Positions 18,179-27,751 of a stretch of DNA of 64,000 nt are shown piece after piece. Source of the stretch: a virus; IMG/VR virus record IMGVR_UViG_3300042484_003756, positions 1 to 64,000 of that record; one strand, written 5' to 3'. The first letter of the stretch is position 1. Each line of letters opens with the position of its first letter. A program made the translations under genes and the position numbers. Below the pieces are notes generated by a model that was not told the DNA's origin, searched no databases, and saw nothing but the letters and a program-made list of their open reading frames with translations.

Positions 18179-19882
18179 ATGAATAAAAATTCGAATAAAG
18201 CCAATCAGGTGAGATTTGCAGCAATGAGATTAGCTGAAATTAATGCAACTGATAAAGAAGATCTTATGAACTGCGCTTCTGACATGCAAAAAACAGCATC
18301 ATTGGAAACAAACGAAGCTGTTTTAGTAGCAAAAGCAATTAGAGCTAAGTATCTTCCAAACATTGCAAGACAAGCTGGTCTTGATGTTTCAAATTTAGAC
18401 CTTGATAATGGCAAAGAGACTGTTGACTTCGCAAACGATGAATCTGACGATGATGAAGACGATATGGAATTTCATCACTTTGAGAGTGATGATAATTCAG
18501 ATGATGTAGAAGACGATGACATGTCTGATGAAGACATGGATGACGAAGACGAAGTAGAAGATAGTGATGATGTCGCCACTTTTGAGATTGAAGTTCCCGC
18601 TGATATGGTTGACCAAGCACAAAAAGCTGTGCAAAAGGCGCTAGATAATCTTCTTGGCGGAGATGATGATTCTGATGAAGATGATGATGAAGATGTCACT
18701 CATTTTAACGATGATGATGATATGGATTCCGAAGATGAATCAGATGATGACGAAGACAATGAAAACCAATTTATGAAAAAAAGCAACGAGGTTAGATCAA
18801 TGACTAAACAAGCATTGGCTGAGCGCAAGGCACAGAGAGAGGCTCTCTTGAGAAGAGCAGAAAGAGAAGAAATTCTCAAGAAGATTGCTTCAGAAGAAGA
18901 GAATTATCCAGCATCAGCCTCATTTAAGTATAACGAAGATATGGTTGACATGAAGGGTGAAGTTGAATACCCAAGCATGACAATGGAAGGCGGTGAGGGT
19001 AACTCACTCAAGGAACAAAATCCAACATGGGCTGAACAAAAAGTTCCTACAATGAATCCAGGTTCATTGGAATTTCCTTCAGTCACAAAACCTAGTAAAT
19101 TTGAAGGTTCTGGCGATGGCTCTTTAGAGTACACCGTTGATTGGGATCATTTAGAAAATCCTTCTGAAGGATTAGAAGATGTTGATCATCCTCATATTCC
19201 AACCCAAATGCCTTCTATGCCACACAAGACCACCAAAACAGTTGCCGCTTCAAAGGAAGAAGATCATGAAGTTGAGTGTACCTCATGTGGTAAATCAATG
19301 AGAATGACCGAAGCAGCTATGAATGATGAAACAACTAGATGTGCAAATAAAGATTGTCCAACAAATGCTGAATCAAAAAATGAAGAAGATGAGGATGAGG
19401 ATGTCAAGGAAGCTCAAACAGTAAGTGTCCCTGATGTCAATAACAAATTAATAGGCGTTGGAAATGCTCAAAAGCAAATGAAAGGTCTTCAAGAAAACAT
19501 TAAAAACACTGGTGAACAATTATCGCAAAACGCATCTCTTGACTTAGCAAGAATCAAAACTTCCTATAGCTGTGCTACTAAATTAGCATTAGCTGGAATT
19601 ATTACTTCTGAGGAAGTTGATTCATATGCTGAACAAATGATCAATGATGGTCTTAAGTCTGATTCAATGATCAGACAAACCAAACTCTTACTTAAATCGG
19701 CACAATCTTCAACTGAAAGAGTTGTTGCAGCTGCTGCTGAAAGAATGAGTACTAGAACCGCTTCTACACTAGGCGTATCTACATCTCCTGCACTAAGTGG
19801 TGGATTATCCAACAACAGTGCAGCTCTTGACATCCAGGGTGCTCTTAAGGGTACTTGGACAATGCCAAAAATCGAGGACTAA
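18179..19882 (+). CDS. scaffolding-like protein
   Basis: very long D/E tracts, coiled coil, KTAS/KIAS/KEAQ/RTAS motifs; between protease and capsid genes. Confidence 0.65.
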   Translation: MNKNSNKANQVRFAAMRLAEINATDKEDLMNCASDMQKTASLETNEAVLVAKAIRAKYLPNIARQAGLDVSNLDLDNGKETVDFANDESDDDEDDMEFHHFESDDNSDDVEDDDMSDEDMDDEDEVEDSDDVATFEIEVPADMVDQAQKAVQKALDNLLGGDDDSDEDDDEDVTHFNDDDDMDSEDESDDDEDNENQFMKKSNEVRSMTKQALAERKAQREALLRRAEREEILKKIASEEENYPASASFKYNEDMVDMKGEVEYPSMTMEGGEGNSLKEQNPTWAEQKVPTMNPGSLEFPSVTKPSKFEGSGDGSLEYTVDWDHLENPSEGLEDVDHPHIPTQMPSMPHKTTKTVAASKEEDHEVECTSCGKSMRMTEAAMNDETTRCANKDCPTNAESKNEEDEDEDVKEAQTVSVPDVNNKLIGVGNAQKQMKGLQENIKNTGEQLSQNASLDLARIKTSYSCATKLALAGIITSEEVDSYAEQMINDGLKSDSMIRQTKLLLKSAQSSTERVVAAAAERMSTRTASTLGVSTSPALSGGLSNNSAALDIQGALKGTWTMPKIED

Positions 19883-19914
19883 TTTCCTCATCAAATAATT
19901 AGGAGAAATAAACA

Positions 19915-20568
19915 ATGGCTATTCGTGCATTAAACACACTCGTAGTTGCTAACTACAACACAGCTGCTTCTGGCTCATGGCTTGCAGGCGATGCTCTTTT
20001 CCTTCAATCTGACGGAACTGTTGCAGCTGCATATAGATCAGCTACAGGTTTTACAACACTTCAACAACAATTAGGTAAGTTTGTCGGATTCTCTGCAGAT
20101 GATACTGCAAGAACTGGCAACACTATGATTCTTGCAGATCCAGTTGGATCTTCTTACACTGATGCATCAGGTGTTCTTCAAGCTAACAACAACGGCTTCT
20201 ACGTTGTTTCAAAGAGAGCAATTGGTGACTTCTTGGCTGAAAACGTCAACGGTGTTACTAACCCAACTGCTGGTTCTTCAGGATATGAAGGCCCAAGAAG
20301 AGGCGTAGGCGTTTTCAATACACCAGGCGCACAATTTATTACTGATAGATTTGCATCCGTTGCATCCACTAACATTACTACTGACGGCGTTGCTGCTGGA
20401 TGGACCCCTGCTGTAGGCGATCTTCTTACAGTTGCAGCTGGTTCAGCTAATGCTGGTAAGATTGTTAAATTAGGCACAGTTGGTACAGACGGCGTTATCA
20501 TTGGTAGAGTTGATTCTTATGACTCTGCTGCTGGCCTTCTTTACTTCACACAACTTAGTGGCGTCTAA
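19915..20568 (+). CDS. capsid decoration/minor capsid protein
   Basis: Gly/Ala/Thr-rich, predicted beta protein directly before MCP; strong AGGAG RBS. Confidence 0.65.
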   Translation: MAIRALNTLVVANYNTAASGSWLAGDALFLQSDGTVAAAYRSATGFTTLQQQLGKFVGFSADDTARTGNTMILADPVGSSYTDASGVLQANNNGFYVVSKRAIGDFLAENVNGVTNPTAGSSGYEGPRRGVGVFNTPGAQFITDRFASVASTNITTDGVAAGWTPAVGDLLTVAAGSANAGKIVKLGTVGTDGVIIGRVDSYDSAAGLLYFTQLSGV

Positions 20569-20601
20569 TCGGTAAAGAATTTTTAAAGGAGAATTATTCA
20601 A

Positions 20602-21456
20602 ATGTCAATGATTAAGAGAAACACAAATGAGCAAAGAGAATCCATTATTGCAATGGCTCTCGAGACTCCAGAGGGACGCACAGCTCTTGCACAAGCAATG
20701 GTTGAGCCAATCAAGACTTCCCTCATGTACCAAGCCATCGGACGCAAGCTTTTGATGGTTGATGAGCTCCCACAAGGCGCTCTTGCTCGCTACGAGAGAG
20801 ACGTTGCTGTAAAGTCATACGTCATTCCTAAGCGTGGTGCTGTTCCAACAGCTGAGGTTGAGGCTGAAGAGCTTCTCGTTCCTACAGTTGAATTAGCTGC
20901 ACACCCACAAATTAGATTGAACGAAATCCGCCAAAGAAGATTCTATATTGTCGATAGAGCTCAAGTCCGTGCTAAGGACTCCCTCCAAAGACAAGAAGAT
21001 ACTGAAGTCTTCAAGGTCATCAATGCTGGTGTTCCAACTGATCAAGCAATCTCCGTTTCTGGTACTCTTCAACCAGAGAACATCAACCTTGCGTTGACTC
21101 TCATCGAAGAGCACGAGTTAATCGGTGCTAAGGTTGTTCTTCACCCACAAAGATACAAGGATATCAGAAACTGGGGTAAGGAATTCTTCGATGAGGCAAC
21201 TCAAAGAGACATCCTTATGACTGGTCTCTACGGACATATTTATTCCGCAGACATCCACGTTTCCACAATGGTTCCTAAGAACAGTGTCTACGTTCTCGCT
21301 CCTGCCCAATTCGTTGGTGCAATGCCAGTTCGCCAAGACATCACTGTCCTCCCAGCAGACGATCCAAAGAGACTTAGACTCGGATGGGTTGTTTACGAAG
21401 AGCTCGGTTTTGCTCTTATTAATGATTATGCTGTTTCAAGAATTACCGTAAGCTAA
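20602..21456 (+). CDS. major capsid protein (HK97 fold)
   Basis: ALAQAMVEPI..LMYQAIGRKLLMVDELPQG, QEDTEVF, GWVVYEELGFA pattern; strong RBS, visibly biased codons, strong terminator downstream. Confidence 0.9.
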   Translation: MSMIKRNTNEQRESIIAMALETPEGRTALAQAMVEPIKTSLMYQAIGRKLLMVDELPQGALARYERDVAVKSYVIPKRGAVPTAEVEAEELLVPTVELAAHPQIRLNEIRQRRFYIVDRAQVRAKDSLQRQEDTEVFKVINAGVPTDQAISVSGTLQPENINLALTLIEEHELIGAKVVLHPQRYKDIRNWGKEFFDEATQRDILMTGLYGHIYSADIHVSTMVPKNSVYVLAPAQFVGAMPVRQDITVLPADDPKRLRLGWVVYEELGFALINDYAVSRITVS

Positions 21457-21471
21457 TTCTAAACTAGTCAC

Positions 21472-21507
21472 AAAAAAGGCCTCTTCTTCGGAAGGGGTCT
21501 TTTTTTT
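21472..21507 (+). terminator. intrinsic terminator with UUCG tetraloop
   Basis: AAAAAAGGCCTCTTC-TTCG-GAAGGGGTCTTTTTTTT. Confidence 0.9.
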
Positions 21508-21522
21508 AGGTATAATAGATTT

Positions 21523-22218
21523 ATGATAACTCATAAATCTATTAGAAATTTTACTAAGCCTAGAACATTTGTTGATTTGTACATTGAGGAATTAAAAGAA
21601 AGTAAGCCTAATCTTTCTGTAATTGATGTTGGCGGTGGAATCAACTCTTGGTGTAAGCATACTACTCACGTTGTAGATATTTTTGTCGATCCTGGTAGTA
21701 AGGAAGAGTTTGTTCAGACTCACCCGGATAGAATTTTCTTTGATTTTGATATTACTCAAAGAGACAATTGGAAAGAAGTATTAGACTACGTTGCTGAAAA
21801 TGGCAAATTTGATTATGCTATTTGTACTCACACTCTTGAAGATATTTCAAATCCATCTTTAGTTTGCGATATGCTTCAAAAAATTGCCAAAAGAGGCTTT
21901 GTTTCCGTCCCTTCAAAGTATGCTGAATATTTACGCTTTGAACAATGGTACGGAGTAAAAGGCTATCGAGGATTTTTTCATCACAAGTGGATTTATTCTC
22001 TCAAGGATAATGTTTTCAGAGGTTTTGAGAAAGCAAGTTATTGGGAACATTTAAACGATACACGTATTGATAAGCCACAAGGTCATTTTACAGAAATTGG
22101 ATTTATGTGGGAAGATAGTTTTGAATATAAGTTCTATCATTGTGGCGAAGTAATTGGATGCCATACTGAACCAAAATATCCATTAATTTTTGAAACAGAT
22201 GATTTGCCTATAAATTAA
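21523..22218 (+). CDS. class I SAM-dependent methyltransferase
   Basis: VIDVGGG motif I, KFDYAICTHTLEDI motif; TATAAT 6 nt upstream. Confidence 0.75.
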   Translation: MITHKSIRNFTKPRTFVDLYIEELKESKPNLSVIDVGGGINSWCKHTTHVVDIFVDPGSKEEFVQTHPDRIFFDFDITQRDNWKEVLDYVAENGKFDYAICTHTLEDISNPSLVCDMLQKIAKRGFVSVPSKYAEYLRFEQWYGVKGYRGFFHHKWIYSLKDNVFRGFEKASYWEHLNDTRIDKPQGHFTEIGFMWEDSFEYKFYHCGEVIGCHTEPKYPLIFETDDLPIN

Positions 22219-22220
22219 TT

Positions 22221-22250
22221 AAAAGGAGCTGAAAAGCTCCTTTTTTATTT
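22221..22250 (+). terminator. intrinsic terminator
   Basis: AAAAGGAGCT-GAAA-AGCTCCTTTTTT. Confidence 0.85.
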
Positions 22251-22265
22251 GGGTATAATTATAAT

Positions 22266-23576
22266 ATGACAAAAGAAGAACTGCTTAAATTAGTTGAAAA
22301 TTATGTTAAAAATGAACCTAATAAAAATTGGAGACCAGGAAAAGATCATGTACATTATGCTGGTCCTTATTTTGATCACAATGAAATAGTCAGATCTGTA
22401 TCAACTCTTTTAGATGGTTGGTTAGTATTGGGATCAGAAGCATATAAAGCTGAAAAAAAATTAGCATCATTATTTGGTAAAAATCATGCTTTATTGACTA
22501 ACTCTGGTAGCAGTTCAAATCTTCTAATGATGTCTGCTCTTAAGTCAAAAAGATATTTAAATTTGCCAGAAGGAACAAAAGTACTTACTCCTATAGCTGG
22601 TTTTCCCACTACAATAAATCCAATTTTTCAATGTGGATTTAAGCCTGTATTTGTTGATATTTCTTTAGATGGATTAAATTTAAATCTTGATGACGTTGAA
22701 GCTACATTGCAAGCTGATCCAGAAATTAAAATTATTACATTTGCCCACGTATTAGGTAATCCTCCTGATATGTATAGACTTATGGATATTATTGATCATT
22801 ATGGATTGATTTTATTGGAGGATTGTTGTGATGCTTTGGGGTCATTATTCGATGGCAATCCTTTGGGTAGCTTTGGCACTATGGCTTCTTGTTCTTTTTA
22901 TCCTGCTCATCATATTACTTGTGGAGAAGGCGGATTAGTTGTTTGTAATGATGACAACTTGGAAAAAGTAATTCGTTCTTTCAGAGATTGGGGACGTGGA
23001 TGTTTTTGTATTGGCAAACAAAATATCACTGAATGTGGAGCTTGTAATCAAAGATTTTCAGAATGGCTACCAAGTATGCCAGGAGAAGTTTTTGACCATA
23101 AATATGTTTACGAAGAAATTGGTTATAATCTTAAACCAATTGAAGTTCAAGCTAGTATGCTTCTTACTCAGATTGATAAGCTTTCTGAAATTAAAAGATT
23201 GCGACAAAGAAATCATAAATTATTATCAGAAATATTCCGAAAATATGAAGAACATTTTGTTCTTCCTATAGCTCAAAAAAATTCTGATGTTAACTGGTTT
23301 GCTTTTCCTGTTACAATTAAAGATAATGCGCCTTTTAAAAGAAGCGATATATGTCAATACTTAGAATCAAAGAAAATTCAAACTAGGCCATATTTCGCTG
23401 GTAATATATTGATGCAACCAGCCTACAGTCATTTAGTTGGAGACATGGATCTAAATGATTTTCCAGTTGCTAAAAAAGTAACAACTGATACATTCTTTTT
23501 AGGAACATCACCCGTTATAACTGAAGAGCAGATTGAGTATATAGGAGTTATCATAGATGGATTTTTCAAAAAATGA
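22266..23576 (+). CDS. rfbH: CDP-4-keto-6-deoxyglucose 3-dehydratase (RfbH/DdhC, E1)
   Basis: NSGSSSNLL, GFPTT, EDCCDALG, SFYPAHHITCGEGG (His in place of the PLP Lys), RDWGRGCFC..CG.C Fe-S segment, DHKY. Confidence 0.9.
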   Translation: MTKEELLKLVENYVKNEPNKNWRPGKDHVHYAGPYFDHNEIVRSVSTLLDGWLVLGSEAYKAEKKLASLFGKNHALLTNSGSSSNLLMMSALKSKRYLNLPEGTKVLTPIAGFPTTINPIFQCGFKPVFVDISLDGLNLNLDDVEATLQADPEIKIITFAHVLGNPPDMYRLMDIIDHYGLILLEDCCDALGSLFDGNPLGSFGTMASCSFYPAHHITCGEGGLVVCNDDNLEKVIRSFRDWGRGCFCIGKQNITECGACNQRFSEWLPSMPGEVFDHKYVYEEIGYNLKPIEVQASMLLTQIDKLSEIKRLRQRNHKLLSEIFRKYEEHFVLPIAQKNSDVNWFAFPVTIKDNAPFKRSDICQYLESKKIQTRPYFAGNILMQPAYSHLVGDMDLNDFPVAKKVTTDTFFLGTSPVITEEQIEYIGVIIDGFFKK

Positions 23577-24282
23577 TTTAAGTAAAATTTACAACTTAGA
23601 TCCAGTAGATATTGGTGGTCAATCTCAAAAGAATCAAGATTTTTTTATTGATTATATTTTTAAATGTATAGAATTAAAAAATAAATTTTTTGTTGAATTT
23701 GGAGCAATTGATGGTGTGACTTTAAGTAATACATTTCTTTTGAGGACTGAAAAAGAATGGAATGGCTTATTATTAGATGGACTGTATGAAAACGCTTCTA
23801 TTAATTTACATAAAAGATTTATCACTAGAGAAAACATTATTTCTTTATTTGAAGAATTTAATGTACCTTATGATTTAGATTTTTTGTCAGTTGATGTTGA
23901 TGGTATGGATTTTCACATTTTAAAAGAAATTTTATCAAAGTATAAACCTGCTTTGATACAAGTAGAAACTAATTTGAGATTTAATCCAGATCAAAGCTAT
24001 GTTCTCAATTATGACCCTACTTGGTACTGGGATAATAGATCTTGGTATGGTGCAAGTCCATTAGCATATAAGAAAATGGCAGCAGAGTTTGACTATGTGC
24101 CACTAATAATGGTTTTTGATGATTTGTTTTTAATTAGAAAAGATTTAGTAAATGATGATATTATAAATAAACCTTGGATTGAAATTCAACCCAAGGCTAA
24201 TAAAGTAATATACAATACTCATGTTGGCAGAGTTGGTGTTCCTCAATACTACATGGATAAAAATAAATTTTCAGAATATTAA
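23557..24282 (+). CDS. FkbM-like methyltransferase-fold protein
   Basis: SQ..QD, FFVEFGAIDG...SNT, LSVDVDG.D motifs. Confidence 0.7.
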   Translation: MDFSKNDLSKIYNLDPVDIGGQSQKNQDFFIDYIFKCIELKNKFFVEFGAIDGVTLSNTFLLRTEKEWNGLLLDGLYENASINLHKRFITRENIISLFEEFNVPYDLDFLSVDVDGMDFHILKEILSKYKPALIQVETNLRFNPDQSYVLNYDPTWYWDNRSWYGASPLAYKKMAAEFDYVPLIMVFDDLFLIRKDLVNDDIINKPWIEIQPKANKVIYNTHVGRVGVPQYYMDKNKFSEY

Positions 24283-24569
24283 AACGGTATTTTACCCCTT
24301 AGTATATCCAAAAGCATCATCCAGTCACTTATCTTGGCCTTGACAGGGTCCTTAAAAGCGGCTGGTTGATTTTTTTCAAAGAAATAATGACCACTCCAAG
24401 CAAATGGATATACAACTAATGGAGTCAAAATAAGAAACCAATAATATCCAAAATACAAACAACAGACTATCCAAAGAATTGTCATAAATTGACCTAAAAC
24501 GTGCAATCTTCGGCAAATTTTATTTGTATGAAGTGTAAGATACATTTGATAATATTCTTTCATATTCAT
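24279..24569 (-). CDS. DUF962/Mpo1-like small membrane protein
   Basis: YLTLH...RRLH..G, hydrophobic helices, AWSGHYFFEKNQPAAF; start moved to 24569 (ATGA overlap with upstream stop). Confidence 0.8.
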   Translation of the reverse strand: MNMKEYYQMYLTLHTNKICRRLHVLGQFMTILWIVCCLYFGYYWFLILTPLVVYPFAWSGHYFFEKNQPAAFKDPVKAKISDWMMLLDILRGKIPF

Positions 24570-25336
24570 ATTGTGCATACTCCCTTTTTTTGTACTACAA
24601 TTGTTGCGCAATACTGAGCAAATTTGATAGCTTTTATAATTTCTTTTGAAGCTACATACTCACACACTAAGCCAGATATAAATGTATCACCAGCACCAGA
24701 AACATCTTTAATATTTACTTTTTCTACTGGATACAAAATATTTTTATATTCGCAGCCTTCATCTGATCTTGTAATGATCATTTGATCATAAATTCCAATT
24801 TCATCTATAGTATGTTTAGTTCTATCGTATTCAACATGGTTTATTTTTATGAACGAAACATATTTACACCATTCTCCTAGAATCTTTTTTGTGTCTAGAA
24901 AAATATTAAAATTATATTTTGAAATTTCATCTATATCTTCTTCAGTTAAGAATCCTTTGCAATAATCACTAATGATTATTGCATCGTAATGCATTCCTAG
25001 ATAACAATTGTTTTTGATGCCTTCTAAAATACTTCTTTCAATTCTTGAAGCTTTATCATTATTATCAACACGTAAAAGTAATGTGTTAGTACGCTCATCA
25101 ATAAAACGTTCTTTATGAATAGATTCTTTTTGAGTAATTAGATCAGCTGCAACTCCTATAGCCTCAATATTTTTTTGAACATTTAGTGCCATTCCACCAT
25201 TTGTAATTTTTCTAAGTGGATTGAAAACTGGAGCTGGACCTTCAGGAGCTAGTCTTAATGTTTGTCCATAAGTAAAAACATCAAAACAAGAATCTCCTAT
25301 GATAAGTACTTTTATATCTTTGTAACTTTTTTTCAT
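24566..25336 (-). CDS. PfkB-family kinase, HldE/RfaE-like heptose-7-phosphate kinase domain
   Basis: IIGD..D, RLAPEGPAPV, ISDY.KG, DVSGAGDTF. Confidence 0.8.
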   Translation of the reverse strand: MKKSYKDIKVLIIGDSCFDVFTYGQTLRLAPEGPAPVFNPLRKITNGGMALNVQKNIEAIGVAADLITQKESIHKERFIDERTNTLLLRVDNNDKASRIERSILEGIKNNCYLGMHYDAIIISDYCKGFLTEEDIDEISKYNFNIFLDTKKILGEWCKYVSFIKINHVEYDRTKHTIDEIGIYDQMIITRSDEGCEYKNILYPVEKVNIKDVSGAGDTFISGLVCEYVASKEIIKAIKFAQYCATIVVQKKGVCTI

Positions 25337-25399
25337 AACAGTTATTTATTTCTTATAAAGCTATAGTTAGATTGGAATTGCATGTAGTAAATTATCAAC

Positions 25400-26569
25400 C
25401 TAATAGTTTAACACCTCGAGCAACTTAATAATTTTTTCTTTCACAAGCCCAGGATAATTTCCAATATACCAAGAGAAGTTATGAATATGTTCAATATTAG
25501 GATAGTTTGAAAAATCATTATAGACAGACTTGAAAAAAGGCTGTCTCATTTGATTTCCACCACCAGACAATCCTCTTCTAAACTCTATGCCATTATTTTT
25601 AAGTTGTCTTTCCAAATCATTTCTTTTTGTAAAGTCTGATTCTTTTAAAATTACAATAAAAGCATAATTACAATTTCCCTCAGTATTTAAGGCAATATGA
25701 TATTTTGTAGGATCTAAATTTGATATAAATAGATCAAAATTTTCTCTTCTTTCTTGATTTTTATTATCAAGCTTAGGAAGTTGAGAAAGTCCTATAACAG
25801 CGTTGATTTCTGTGCTTCTAAAATTATGAGCTGGTCTAAGAAAAATAAAGTCTGGATTAAGATCAGGATTATCCATAGCAATAGAAATTTTCATAGTATC
25901 GCTTGTCATCTCTCTAGTCATACCATGAGATCTTAGAGCACGACAAACTTGATAAAATTCCCAATCATTTGTAGATATCATGCCACCTTCAATAGTAGAC
26001 ATGTGGTGCGCAAAATAAAAACTAAAATTGCTAGCAAAACCAAAATTCCCAACTTTACGTCCTTGGAAAGTTGTTCCATGAGACTCACAAACATCTTCAA
26101 TTAGTAAAATGTTATTATCTTTACATATTTTCAAAAGATCATTAGTTAGACCATTTATACCTAAAACGTGAGTAAGGAATATTGCTTTTGTATTGGGATT
26201 GATAGCAGATTTTAATTTCTCAATATCAAATGAAAGATTTGTTAAGTTTACATCAACAAATACTAATTTATGTCCAGCAAAAAGGACTGAAGAAATATCT
26301 GAAATCCAAGTAAGGGGTGGAACAATAATTTCTCCTTCACCTACTAAATGAGCTAAAGCAAGCATTGTTAATTCATTTGCAGAAGCTCCAGAGTTGACAA
26401 ATAAATTATATTTTGTACCAAGCCATTCACCCCAAGCATTTTCAAATTCAACAACTTTTGGTCCATTTGTTAATTTTGGAATTTTATCTTGTGACAAAAA
26501 ATCTATAACAGAATTGATGTCTTCTCTGTCTATATTGTCATTCATTAATGGTAAGAAAAATTTATCCAT
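25400..26569 (-). CDS. DegT/DnrJ-family PLP enzyme, ColD-like NDP-4-keto-6-deoxysugar 3-dehydratase
   Basis: VNSGASAN, EDVCESHG, SFYFAHHMSTIEGG (His in place of Lys), RSHG. Confidence 0.8.
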   Translation of the reverse strand: MDKFFLPLMNDNIDREDINSVIDFLSQDKIPKLTNGPKVVEFENAWGEWLGTKYNLFVNSGASANELTMLALAHLVGEGEIIVPPLTWISDISSVLFAGHKLVFVDVNLTNLSFDIEKLKSAINPNTKAIFLTHVLGINGLTNDLLKICKDNNILLIEDVCESHGTTFQGRKVGNFGFASNFSFYFAHHMSTIEGGMISTNDWEFYQVCRALRSHGMTREMTSDTMKISIAMDNPDLNPDFIFLRPAHNFRSTEINAVIGLSQLPKLDNKNQERRENFDLFISNLDPTKYHIALNTEGNCNYAFIVILKESDFTKRNDLERQLKNNGIEFRRGLSGGGNQMRQPFFKSVYNDFSNYPNIEHIHNFSWYIGNYPGLVKEKIIKLLEVLNY

Positions 26570-26570
26570 T

Positions 26571-27107
26571 TTATTTCTCGTTGTAGTAATCGCCCCATTC
26601 TACTAGGACTGTAGGTCTATTGTCAGTGCGTAAATATGCATATTTGTATGCTTCAAAGATTTGATCAGCATCGTCCAATCTTATTATATCTATAAAATCA
26701 CACATTGCTCTAAATCCACCTGTAAAGTCTGCAATGTGTTGATGTTGAGGATGTAATGGTCTTTGAGAACCAATAGAAGTTCTGATAATAATTTTTGGCT
26801 TATATCCACCATGGGACATAAGTTTAATTTTATCTACATGGTTGACAAGTTGATTTGCAGCTAGTAAAAGAAAATTCCATCTAGGGTATAGAGAAATAGG
26901 TACTGTGCCATTAAGTGCCAAACCTAACGTCACACCCATTTGCATATCTTCATTAACTGGCATTTCTAGCAACTTTGATTTTTCAATATTGGTCAAAGTA
27001 TTTGTCATAGCTGTACCCGGATATTCGACAGCTTGGCCAATAAAAATTGTATCCTGCTGTTCTCCAAGCCATTCCATAGATTTTTTTAATTCATCAAAAT
27101 ATTTCAT
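26571..27107 (-). CDS. ThDP enzyme E1-beta/transketolase pyrimidine-binding subunit (short)
   Basis: FIGQAV, EMPVNED.QMG..G.A..G, PQHQH. Confidence 0.8.
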   Translation of the reverse strand: MKYFDELKKSMEWLGEQQDTIFIGQAVEYPGTAMTNTLTNIEKSKLLEMPVNEDMQMGVTLGLALNGTVPISLYPRWNFLLLAANQLVNHVDKIKLMSHGGYKPKIIIRTSIGSQRPLHPQHQHIADFTGGFRAMCDFIDIIRLDDADQIFEAYKYAYLRTDNRPTVLVEWGDYYNEK

Positions 27108-27712
27108 TAAAATTGAATCCTCTTTCCAGCTCCAGCGTGAGGATAAATTGACTCATACTGATAATAAATAACTTTCTCTCTTGGTTGTTGAAAAAATAAA
27201 ACTTCAGAATTCCAAACTTTTCTTGTTTCTGTGCAAACAGATTTGTTATTGTCTTCAACAATAAAAGTTATAGGCAAGTTATGATTGACTGCATATTTCC
27301 AGTTTTCAAAAAATGCACCAGTTTCAGAAGCCATATCTCCCACAAAACACCAAACATGACCTGATTCATTTTTGATTTTTTTATCTACAGCAACTCCTAC
27401 TGATATAGGAATACTACCAGTAACAATTGCTGAAGAATAGATATTAAACTCAGGATAACATAAAGTAATTGAATTACCATCTAAAATATCTTGACGTAAC
27501 CTATCTTTAGGAACCCCTTTTAATAAACACTGATAATGTGATCTCCAAGTACAAAATATCCAATCTTCATCTTTAATTTTTTCGAAAATCTCAATAATTT
27601 TTGCTTCATTGCCTGAATACAAATGAATAGGAGCTTTTATGATTCCATTATTGAAACATTCTCCAATTTCTGTTTCAAAATCTATCAAATCTTGCTTGCT
27701 GTATTTAGTCAT
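27107..27712 (-). CDS. ThDP enzyme E1-alpha-like subunit (short)
   Basis: PIHLYSGNE, TWRSHY, GDMASETG...EDNN ThDP-binding motif. Confidence 0.8.
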   Translation of the reverse strand: MTKYSKQDLIDFETEIGECFNNGIIKAPIHLYSGNEAKIIEIFEKIKDEDWIFCTWRSHYQCLLKGVPKDRLRQDILDGNSITLCYPEFNIYSSAIVTGSIPISVGVAVDKKIKNESGHVWCFVGDMASETGAFFENWKYAVNHNLPITFIVEDNNKSVCTETRKVWNSEVLFFQQPREKVIYYQYESIYPHAGAGKRIQF

Positions 27713-27751
27713 ATAAAAATGCCTCTAATATTTATTTAATATTATAACTTA

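Noticed and set aside
20602-21456. Cellular encapsulin nanocompartment operon
   Set aside because: Terminase, portal, protease, neck and tail genes show this is a phage capsid gene.
26571-27712. Pyruvate dehydrogenase complex
   Set aside because: Both subunits are much shorter than PDH E1 alpha/beta, and no E2/E3 is present.
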